From an uncultured delta proteobacterium (GTDB taxonomy: Bacteria > Desulfobacterota > Binatia > Binatales > Binataceae): DNA of 64,000 bases. The stretch covers positions 864,001-928,000 of the forward strand of contig CAWJET010000001.1 in the NCBI GenBank assembly GCA_963842085.1, in the 5' to 3' direction. This document shows positions 54,982 through 62,982 of this stretch, piece by piece. Position 1 is the first letter of the stretch, and every line of letters begins with the position of its first letter. The translations under genes and the position numbers were made by a program. Below the pieces are notes generated by a model. That model was given only the letters and a program-made list of their open reading frames with translations, did no database searches and had not been told where the DNA came from.

Positions 54982-55296
54982 CCCGCATCATCCAGTCGAG
55001 CGCTCGCCACCGTGGCACTGCGGTAGCGTGACGTGGTGTAGACGTGGTGTAGAGGAGTTCCAAAATGGAGACAGAAGAGAAGTGCAAAAATTGCGGCACA
55101 AGCTGTCTGAACATGAGACCGCACCTCCGGCTCCTAGGGTCGTTCCGTGGGCGATGATTACAAGTATCCGGGCAGTTGCAAAATTCCCGGCTGCGCGTGC
55201 GTCGTCTTTCGGGGGGAATAGGTCAGGTCGCCTTAAAGGCGGGATCGTCTCTTGGGGTTGGTCTCGGCCCCGCATCATCCCGCCGAGCGCTCGCCA
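54982..55296 (+). repeat. 28-bp direct repeat pair (54982-55009 and 55269-55296)
   Basis: CCCGCATCATCC[A/C]G[T/C]CGAGCGCTCGCCA; 26/28 identical. Confidence 0.85.
55065..55221 (+). pseudogene. Frameshifted Cys/His-rich microprotein
   Basis: GAGGAG RBS; restoring two single bases gives METEEKCKNCGHKLSEH...GDDYKYPGSCKIPGCACVVFRGE. Confidence 0.55.
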
Positions 55297-55356
55297 TGCG
55301 ACACCTGTGGCACCTTGCACTCCAGGGATAGCCCCTGTCGCCGGGGTTGATCCGTG

Positions 55357-56013
55357 TCATTCTTTTCCCGCCCTTATCTCCTCGACCGTGATGCCGCCAA
55401 TGCGCTCCTCGGGCGCGGATGCCGGCAGCGCCTTCGTCTCGATCGCCTCGAGGTCATCGCCGAGCGCCCAGATCGCGCGCAGCTGCTCGACCGTGACCTT
55501 GCCCTCGACCTGCAGCACCGGCTGCGGCGGGGTCGGGAACAGGCCGAGGTGATCCCCCAGCGCCTTGAGCGCCGGCAGCTTCGCGTTGAAGCGGACCTCG
55601 CCCTCGGGGGTCTTGTGGAAGGTCAGGGCGCGCGCGACCGTCTCGGGCATCTGCCTGATCGGCAGCAGCCTGTTCTCGTCGTCGAAGGCGTCCTGCGGGT
55701 TGGCGAAGCCCACCAGCGCGATCTCGCGGAGGACGCGTTCCCGGCTCACCTCGGCGCGGGCGAGGACGCGGCGGTCGGCGGCGGCCAGCGCCTCCTGGAT
55801 TCCAACATTGTCCAATAGGCGAGGGCCGATGGCATGGGCGGTCTTGCGGCTGTAGCCCGCGCGCCTGGCGGCCTGGGTGGCGTTGCGGTCCTTGAGGTAT
55901 TCGGCGACGAAGAGGACCTGGCGTCCGTTGAGGGGCCGGAGCTTTCGCCTTGGTTTCGCCGGGGCCTTGGTAGGCGGCTTGGGGGCGGCCTGGAGCCAGG
56001 CGCCAACCGTCAC
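55357..56013 (-). CDS. Phage terminase small subunit
   Basis: RQ.LFVAEYLKDRNATQAARRAGYS.KTA..IG.RLL HTH; E.VLREIA..GF; K..AL..LG.HLGLF; start uncertain. Confidence 0.85.
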   Translation of the reverse strand: MTVGAWLQAAPKPPTKAPAKPRRKLRPLNGRQVLFVAEYLKDRNATQAARRAGYSRKTAHAIGPRLLDNVGIQEALAAADRRVLARAEVSRERVLREIALVGFANPQDAFDDENRLLPIRQMPETVARALTFHKTPEGEVRFNAKLPALKALGDHLGLFPTPPQPVLQVEGKVTVEQLRAIWALGDDLEAIETKALPASAPEERIGGITVEEIRAGKE

Positions 56014-56295
56014 ATAGTCTTGTGTGTTGAGGCTAGACGGGGCACGTGCATCGGTGGCAGTCCAATTCTGATCTGCCGCCAAATCAATGAGCTGGTTAGA
56101 GGCCGGACTCGTGACTGAGAGCCAGTTTGACGGAGGACCCAACAGATTTTACGGTGAGGAGGGAGACTCTTTCTTTTTTGGACCGTCTTCAAAGGCGTCA
56201 TTCCCGTTTAGCGACACGTTCTTGAAAACGACGGCGTTGATTGGTGAATCGCGGAGCGATTGCGGTTCGAATCGCCGACGGATACCCTCTCGCCG

Positions 56296-56703
56296 ATGCA
56301 CATCCCGCGCTTCATGCGACGCATAAACCGAGTGTGCACCAACCGCATCCTGGGCCCGCTTGCGCGGGTGATGCCGCCGTTGGCCGTGGTGCACCATGTC
56401 GGCCGAAGGAGCGGACATGGCTATCATACGCCGGTGGTCGCTTTCCGCCACGACGAGACGTTCGTGGTCCCCATGACCTACGGCCGCGACGTCGATTGGG
56501 CGCGCAATATCGTCAAGGCGCACGGCTGCCAGATTGAGCAAATGGGCCGGCGCTTCACCGTGTTGAACCCCCGCGTGGCGGACTTCAAGACCGCCGAGGC
56601 ACACCTGCCTGGCGCGGTGCGCGCGACGCTTCGCGCCGCGAACCTCCCAGGGTACATGCTGCTCGATCTCCAGCCAGAGCGGACGGACGGCAACCGAAGA
56701 TAG
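56296..56703 (+). CDS. Deazaflavin (F420)-dependent nitroreductase family oxidoreductase
   Basis: HVGRRSG..Y.TP, TYG..VDWARN. Confidence 0.8.
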   Translation: MHIPRFMRRINRVCTNRILGPLARVMPPLAVVHHVGRRSGHGYHTPVVAFRHDETFVVPMTYGRDVDWARNIVKAHGCQIEQMGRRFTVLNPRVADFKTAEAHLPGAVRATLRAANLPGYMLLDLQPERTDGNRR

Positions 56704-56722
56704 TCGCCGAAGTTCTCGAATC

Positions 56723-56756
56723 GGTACCGTCAGTTCAAATTTACTTCCCTCCGCCA
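56723..56756 (+). other. Degenerate tRNA(Ser-like) 3' end; possible att scar
   Basis: GTTCAAAT...CTCCGCCA; 24 nt from T-loop G to CCA, as in a tRNA. Confidence 0.5.
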
Positions 56757-57072
56757 CCGAGTCTCACGGTTGAGGGATTCTCCAGGGAAGTGCGTAAACC
56801 GCGCGCGTGTAGTGGCGATGCGCACGCGCCATCGGCACCGGAGAGCGCGCACATTTCGAGCCGGGCCCGGTCACTTCGATTTTCTCTCTGTGGGCGGGTA
56901 ATTCGGTGCCGATGCCTACCATTGCGACGCTACGTCCGGCGGAAGCTGTCGAGATCGCGAGCGACGCGAAGGCACGACGAGCTTCCGATGAGAGAAAGCG
57001 TTTCGCCCGACGCTCGCCTTATGATGCGTCATCAAGTTGAGAACGAGGAGGCCCCAGTACGAATGTTCCCTG

Positions 57073-58758
57073 CTACTCAGCATTCAGAGCGGTTCTCTGT
57101 GCGCACCATGAGAGCGGAAGCTCGATGCGTCGGGTGAGCGCTTCTGCGCTAAGAGTGGTCGGCTGCCGGCCCTCGACAATGGACTCAACGATATCCGGCG
57201 CCAGGAAAGCCAGGCGGATCAAGCGGCCTACGTAGCGGACGGATAGTCCCTCGCGTGCAGCGATCGCAGCAAGAGATCTGGCCTTGCCGGTGCTAATCTC
57301 GTCGAACCAGCGATGTGCCCGAGCGACGGCCTTCAGTAGCGACAGATCGACGATGGCCGCTGAACGATTGTGATCGCCTACGATCAGCCGCAGCTCAACT
57401 CCACGCCGCTTCAGTTGCATTGGGAACGATCGTGCGATTGCGATCTGGTCTGAAAGCTGAGCCCCGGACTTTTCCGCGCCTGCAATGGGCAGCTTAATCG
57501 ACACCCTTATGCCGTCAGATTTGAGCTCCACCCGATCCACCAACGCGGCAAGCGCGGAGGTTTGTTCGGCTTCCGACTGAAGTAGGCGACTCCAGCTGCG
57601 TGCTGCGTGGAGTACTCGTTCGATTCGGCCAGAGTCGTGGGTTGTATTCTGAGCGGCTTCAAGAACAGAAGACTCGTCGTCGAGCATTTCCCGAATAGCA
57701 GCCGCGACTCGACCTTCGAGTTCTCGGGCAGGCAAACGCCAGCCGAGGTGCGCTGGAATGGCTCCCTGGGCCGCGATGGTGTGCGACACGTAGTAACGGT
57801 ACTTTCTCTCTCCCTTGCGTGCGTGACTGGGCGTCAGCCCATGGTCATTCTCGTCGACCAATCGCCCGATGAGGGGACTCTTTTCGAAGCCCGCATCGTG
57901 GCTCTTGGTGCGGACCCGGCGCTCCTGAAGCTGCTGCTGGGTTCGGTTCCACACAGCTCGATCGACGATCGCATGATGCTGACCCGGATGGCGGAGGTTC
58001 TTGTGCCGGATCTCACCTATGTAAATCGGATTTGAGAGGAGGGCGTAGAGTGCCCCTCGGGAGAACGAGTGCCCGCCGGACTCGATTCCGGTCTTTGAGG
58101 TTCGGCGCTTGGAAACGACGCCGCGGCGGTCCAGCTCTTCTTTGAGCAGCCGAACGCAGCCGAGCTCCTGGTAGCGCCGGAAAATATATCGGACGGTCTC
58201 CGCTTCCCGTTCGTCGATCACAATGCGACGGTCGCGGACGTCATATCCCAATGGAACGCAACCGCCCATCCACATCCCTTTGCGTTTGGAGGCCGCTATC
58301 TTGTCGCGTATCCGTTCCCCTGTCACCTCGCGCTCGAACTGGGCGAAGGACAGCAGTACGTTGAGGGTCAGACGTCCCATCGATGTGGTCGTGTTGAACT
58401 GCTGAGTGACCGCGACGAACGAGACTCCATGCGCGTCGAACACCTCGACCATCTTGGCGAAGTCGGCGAGCGAGCGGGTCAACCGGTCAACTTTGTAGAC
58501 CACCACGACATCGATCAGGCCTTGATTGATGTCGGCCAGCAGCCGCTGCAACGCTGGTCGTTCCATCGTTCCGCCCGACAGGCCGCCATCGTCATAGGCC
58601 GCCTTGACCAGACGCCATCCTTCACCAGCCTGGCTCTTGATGAACGCTTCGCACGCCTCGCGCTGCGCCTGGAGCGAGTTGAAATCTTGCTCCAACCCTT
58701 CCTCAGAAGACTTGCGGGTGTAGATTGCGCAGCGCCTCGAAACCTTAGCGGGTTCCAT
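57073..58758 (-). CDS. Large serine recombinase
   Basis: YTRKS catalytic Ser, VYKVDRLTR, SFAQFERE, recombinase domain (NPIYIG, GQH.AI). Confidence 0.93.
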   Translation of the reverse strand: MEPAKVSRRCAIYTRKSSEEGLEQDFNSLQAQREACEAFIKSQAGEGWRLVKAAYDDGGLSGGTMERPALQRLLADINQGLIDVVVVYKVDRLTRSLADFAKMVEVFDAHGVSFVAVTQQFNTTTSMGRLTLNVLLSFAQFEREVTGERIRDKIAASKRKGMWMGGCVPLGYDVRDRRIVIDEREAETVRYIFRRYQELGCVRLLKEELDRRGVVSKRRTSKTGIESGGHSFSRGALYALLSNPIYIGEIRHKNLRHPGQHHAIVDRAVWNRTQQQLQERRVRTKSHDAGFEKSPLIGRLVDENDHGLTPSHARKGERKYRYYVSHTIAAQGAIPAHLGWRLPARELEGRVAAAIREMLDDESSVLEAAQNTTHDSGRIERVLHAARSWSRLLQSEAEQTSALAALVDRVELKSDGIRVSIKLPIAGAEKSGAQLSDQIAIARSFPMQLKRRGVELRLIVGDHNRSAAIVDLSLLKAVARAHRWFDEISTGKARSLAAIAAREGLSVRYVGRLIRLAFLAPDIVESIVEGRQPTTLSAEALTRRIELPLSWCAQRTALNAE

Positions 58759-58769
58759 GATTTTGCTCC

Positions 58770-59228
58770 TTAGCGGCGGGTTTTGAGGCCGAAGAATAGC
58801 GGGCCCGACCAGCGCGCGCCGGTTATGATGCGTGCAACCTCGGAAAGTGACTTGTATCGTTTGCTGCGAAAGAGGATCCCGTCTTCGAGCACCTTGGCCT
58901 GATGGGTGACTCCGCCCCATTCGCGCACCAACAAGGTTCCGGCTCTAGGACGTAGGATCGGACGGTGCGGTGAGGGTCGAGTGGTCGCTGGATTGTTGGC
59001 GGCCTGCATGAGATGGCGGCGGACGGAAGGCTTGAGTGCGCTGTGTGCATTCTCCTGCATTCGGTGGGCAACCGCCGCGATCAGCAGAGAGCGGTGAATC
59101 TGCTGCGGGGGCTTCGTGCCATAGAGATTGCGCCAGCAGTCCTTCAGCTCGTCGTCGCCTCGCCTTTCCAGATCCTTCAATTCCTGTGCGAGTTTTTCGG
59201 ATTTGACGTCCGATACCATGCGCTTCAT
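58770..59228 (-). CDS. DUF2924 domain protein
   Basis: GT.LVREWGG..H...Y.SLS.VA..ITG.RWSGP.FFGL; directly upstream of the recombinase. Confidence 0.88.
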   Translation of the reverse strand: MKRMVSDVKSEKLAQELKDLERRGDDELKDCWRNLYGTKPPQQIHRSLLIAAVAHRMQENAHSALKPSVRRHLMQAANNPATTRPSPHRPILRPRAGTLLVREWGGVTHQAKVLEDGILFRSKRYKSLSEVARIITGARWSGPLFFGLKTRR

Positions 59229-59505
59229 AGCCAGTGATTTAACCCTTCCTATACACACACACATTGCTCGATTCGCGCCGTGTAGCCAGTCCTAGGAGGG
59301 GTTCACCTCGCGTTTGTCTGATGCGATTTCGCTGGCCCATTCGCCTTCCAATCGCCACCATCGTGCGGACCGTTGATGCGCGCCCAATAGCCGGCTTCTC
59401 CCTTTCCGCGCGAATGATGCTGGGAAATGGGGAAAACGCTCGCTTCACGCGCCGACCAGAGCAAACATCCCGACGAGCCCTTATGGCTCAAGGAGATTCA
59501 GAAGA

Positions 59506-59787
59506 ATGGAACACGCGAAACTGGCGAAGGGAAGCGGGCATAAACTGCCGATCGGACACTCTCAATCATCGGTCCGGAAGAAAGCTGACCGGAAAAAGAC
59601 TGAATCCGAACGGTCGCTCCGGAAGGAGACCGGCAGCAAGTCGAAATCAGAGAAACTGGTTTGCCGCTATTGCGGGAGCGGTGACCTGGCGCCGAGTTTC
59701 ATCAAGCGGCGGGATCGCCGCTGCCGCAAGTGTTTTAGTAAACGCTATGGATCGGCACGTGCGACTAAGACGAAGCTCAAGAAGTAG
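59506..59787 (+). CDS. Small Lys-rich Zn-ribbon protein
   Basis: AAGGAG RBS; CRYC...CRKC; followed by a terminator. Confidence 0.72.
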   Translation: MEHAKLAKGSGHKLPIGHSQSSVRKKADRKKTESERSLRKETGSKSKSEKLVCRYCGSGDLAPSFIKRRDRRCRKCFSKRYGSARATKTKLKK

Positions 59788-59807
59788 TTTTGGCACCGAC
59801 TTGAGGC

Positions 59808-59840
59808 GAAGGGCCGGCTCGAAGAGCCCGGCCCCTTTTC
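59808..59840 (+). terminator. Intrinsic terminator
   Basis: GGGCCGGCTC-GAA-GAGCCCGGCCC then CTTTT. Confidence 0.75.
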
Positions 59841-60017
59841 GTTCAGAGCTACATCTGAAGACCATGCTGACTGACAAATGCTCTAGATCCACAACCGCCC
59901 GACTACGGAATCGGGCGGGCAACAATCGAGATGACGGACCGCTCGAACTTACGCATGCTGGCGATTCAACGACGGCCAATCTCAAAACTCTTGACTTTTC
60001 CCCGCGTTCTGAGCTTT

Positions 60018-60198
60018 TGCAAGCCAGCGGTGGCAAGGGGCCTTGGTTGGTGTTTTGCCCCCGCTTTGCACCTGTGTGTGGCGAATTACTGATTTCCCCA
60101 GAATCAGCAATTCGCCACGCACAGGTAGCGATACAGAGGTAAACCCTGCCGCCAAGCGCGCCAGGAAGTCCGCGCAGGCTAGCGCGGATTGAGTTTTT
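60018..60198 (+). ncRNA. Candidate structured non-coding RNA (four consecutive hairpins)
   Basis: Hand-folded stems at 60018-60070, 60070-60126 (25-bp arms), 60128-60152 and 60168-60189, then a T-run. Confidence 0.35.
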
Positions 60199-60251
60199 AG
60201 AAGCCAAAGGACCAATTTGTGATGACTCGCGGACGCCGACAACGGAACTCG

Positions 60252-60659
60252 CTACCGGAGATCGACTTTGTGGCGGTGAAGAAGTATCGCCGCGCCCCAG
60301 CTGAAAGCGAAAGCAAAAATGACATAGACAGTGTCAAAGATCATCTCGCTCTGCGAAGCCGGCGGTGGATTCCTCGCCGAAAAAAGCACCAGGTTGAGCG
60401 TGACGTAGATCGCATATGCGTAGCCGAGGTACATCGCATAGCGGCGCATCCGCCAGATCCCGGCCGCATAAATCAACAGAACAATTCCCAGCAGCGGCCC
60501 AAGGATCGCATCCGGTGTGCCGCTCAGCCGTTGGCCAAAAAAGACCAGGCCCGTGGTCGGACCCTCGAGATGAAGCGGCTTCAGGATGTCGGTTGATGCG
60601 AGAATTGCGAACAGGACCGCCAAGGTTGTCAGCATTCCGCCACGCCTGGAATCAGCCAT
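60252..60659 (-). CDS. Hypothetical membrane protein (~4 TM)
   Basis: GAGGG RBS; hydrophobic helices. Confidence 0.78.
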   Translation of the reverse strand: MADSRRGGMLTTLAVLFAILASTDILKPLHLEGPTTGLVFFGQRLSGTPDAILGPLLGIVLLIYAAGIWRMRRYAMYLGYAYAIYVTLNLVLFSARNPPPASQSEMIFDTVYVIFAFAFSWGAAILLHRHKVDLR

Positions 60660-60803
60660 CGCATGACCCTCTGCGGGTATCGATCTAATATGTTCCAAGC
60701 GGCAGCGATAGCCCCCGGCCAACCCGGTACGGACTCCAGCAGGAATGCCTTTTATTCGGGCCGAACAGCGCACCAAACACGGGCTGAATTGCGCCCTTCT
60801 AAT

Positions 60804-60844
60804 CCTGAAGGTTCTCGGGGGTTCGAATCAGCCTCTCCCAGCCA
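60804..60844 (+). other. Degenerate tRNA(Ser-like) 3' end; possible att scar
   Basis: CCTGAAGGTTCTCGGGGGTTCGAATC...GCCA; 24 nt from T-loop G to CCA. Confidence 0.55.
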
Positions 60845-61222
60845 GCGGGCACGAACCCTCCTCGCCGCTACCCGGGTTGCCGCCTCGTAACAGGTACCAC
60901 ACAGGTACCACCGGCCGCCCGGGGTCGGCGCGCGCACCGATGCGCAGACTCCACGCCAGGCGTGGTTTCTGGGGTGCGAACCGGGACAATGGGAAAGAGG
61001 CGGTCGATGGAGAGTCGCGGTTGTGCTAGCGTCCCGCGACGGAGGGTCGGACAATGGCGAGCGCCATAACTGATCCGGTCGCGCCGGCGCCACCGCGCTC
61101 ATCGCCGTTTCGGTTTCGAAAAGAAGCGCGTGCGGACATCCCGGGGTTCCTCACCAAGTGAGCCGAGCTCCGTGGAGTCGCACAGTACTGTCGCGCACCT
61201 TCGTCGCGTACCTGGTGACTCC

Positions 61223-62083
61223 ATGAAAGATACCAATCGAAACATCGAGGGCAAGACTTGCCTCATAACAGGCGCCACAAATGGGATCGGGCGCGTTACC
61301 GCCGTGGAATTGGCCAGGATGGGAGCGGAATTGTTCCTGACCTACCGGGACCAGGCGCGTGCCGATGAGACAGTTGCCGAGATACGAAAAAAAACTGGCA
61401 ACGACAAAATTCATCTTCTTCACGCCGATCTAGGGTCGCAGAAGCAGATTCGCGGTGTAGCCGCGGAGTTCCTGGCCACGGGAAAGCCGTTGCATGTGCT
61501 GGTCAACAACGCCGGTCTGGGCAACACAAAGAGAATCATGACCGAGGACGGGATCGAGATGGTGTTCGCGGTCAACCATCTCGCTTACTTTCTGCTGACC
61601 ATCCTCCTGCTCGACCGAATCAAGCAGAGCGCGCCGGCGCGCATTGTGAACGTCGCCTCAGATGCGCACCGGTTCGGAACGATCAATTTCGACGATCTGG
61701 GCGGCGAGCGGCGTTACAGCATGTTCGGCGCGTATGGCCAGTCGAAGCTGGCCAATATCCTCTTCAGCTATGAACTGGCGAGGCGGTTGGGAACCGGCGT
61801 AACGGTCAACTGCCTCCATCCGGGCGGTATCGCCAGTGGGCTGTGGGCCAACAACGGGCCGTTTGCTCGGTTCATCATGAAGGCTGGAACGCTTTTTCTT
61901 AAAACACCGGAGCAGGGTGCAGAAACTACGATCTATTTGGCCTCCTCGGCCGAGGTCGAAGGCGTCACCGGAAAGTACTACGCCAACTGCAAGGAGAAGA
62001 CTTCCAACAAGGAATCGTACGACCTGGATGTCTCTAGGCGGCTGTGGGAGGTCAGTTCGCGGATGACGGGAGTCGGCGCGTAA
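61223..62083 (+). CDS. SDR family oxidoreductase (retinol dehydrogenase-like)
   Basis: TGATNGIG, NNAG, YGQSK, HPG. Confidence 0.93.
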   Translation: MKDTNRNIEGKTCLITGATNGIGRVTAVELARMGAELFLTYRDQARADETVAEIRKKTGNDKIHLLHADLGSQKQIRGVAAEFLATGKPLHVLVNNAGLGNTKRIMTEDGIEMVFAVNHLAYFLLTILLLDRIKQSAPARIVNVASDAHRFGTINFDDLGGERRYSMFGAYGQSKLANILFSYELARRLGTGVTVNCLHPGGIASGLWANNGPFARFIMKAGTLFLKTPEQGAETTIYLASSAEVEGVTGKYYANCKEKTSNKESYDLDVSRRLWEVSSRMTGVGA

Positions 62084-62230
62084 GGGGGCCCGGGTAAAGG
62101 CGTCCGTCACCTGACCCGCCATTCAGTTGGCGGTCGGATTATTCGTCAAGCCAAGTCAGCGCCGACGATGGAGGGCATCGTGTCCGATGTTTTCGCGGCG
62201 CTACATTCTCGCCGCTGGGAGGTAAACCCA

Positions 62231-62440
62231 ATGTTCAAGAGCAGATTCATCCGCGACAGCCGCGGTTCGCTGGTTGGAAGGATCGACGACGACGATCACG
62301 GCTCTCGTGCGTTCGACTCACGCGGCAGCTACGTCGGGCGTTACGATCGCAAATTTGATCACACGTATGACAATACCGGCCGGCTCGTCACGATCAGCGG
62401 CGATGCGCTCTCATCCTTAATTTTCGGTCGTAAGCGCTGA
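62231..62440 (+). CDS. Small protein with internal D-x-x-G repeats (beta-flower-like)
   Basis: GGAGG RBS; DSRGSLVGR / DSRGSYVGR / DNTGRLV. Confidence 0.65.
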   Translation: MFKSRFIRDSRGSLVGRIDDDDHGSRAFDSRGSYVGRYDRKFDHTYDNTGRLVTISGDALSSLIFGRKR

Positions 62441-62549
62441 CCCCGAAAAACCGGAACATCTTGACCTGTGGATTCAACTGGTAATGTCGAGGAACCGGCT
62501 GTCCACTAATCAGCGACAAAATGACGCCGCAATCGTGGAGCGTCGCTCC

Positions 62550-62885
62550 TCACTTTTGCACCGCCGGTCCGTAGTCTCCCACGCGACGACTGAAGCTCCG
62601 TGCGACTGCTTCGTGCGCTGATTCGGTTTCTGGCGGCACTCTCAGAAGGTGACGTCGCGCACCTCCGTCTGGGTCGGCGGTCGCATTGATCACCTCCAGC
62701 ATGAGAAGAGGCTCGTAATCGTTGAACTGAATTCGCCGGAGCCGCCCGAAACCATCCTCTTGCACGAGTCGCCCTTTGGCTGCCGCCAGGAAACACTCGT
62801 GACCCAGCATTTCGATTGTCGCCTGTACGACTTCAAGGCTCTCATCCAGCGGCAGGTCTTCCAGCCCGACTTCGTTGGGATGCAT
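62550..62885 (-). pseudogene. DUF6745-like C-terminal fragment
   Basis: EVINAT..PDG..R...LRVPP....A.EAVA.SF motif; N-terminal region apparently missing. Confidence 0.55.
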
Positions 62886-62982
62886 CACCTGTTCGGCGAA
62901 TTCAAAAAGCGCCGGGCAATAAGTTATATTTGGCCCTGGCGCCGGATTATCCTTGCGCCGCAATTCCCAAGGAGTTCGTACC

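Larger units (their letters stand above)
54655..62900. mobile_element. Degraded accessory / phage-satellite-like island after moaA (boundaries approximate)
   Basis: Abrupt AT-rich switch at the moaA stop, low coding density, terS, large serine recombinase, tRNA-like fragments, repeats, gene remnants. Confidence 0.6.

Noticed and set aside
60018-60198. Hairpin cluster as retron msr-msd, IS110 bridge RNA or TnpB omega RNA
   Set aside because: No reverse transcriptase, IS110 transposase or TnpB/IscB in the window
59264-60207. ORFs 59264-60142 (+) and 59647-60207 (-)
   Set aside because: They overlap a better-supported gene, terminator and hairpins; no RBS or protein-like composition
54655-62900. 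Possible CRISPR array or integron cassette array in the island
   Set aside because: Repeats occur only in pairs; no regular repeat-spacer series, no cas or intI genes, no clear attC boxes
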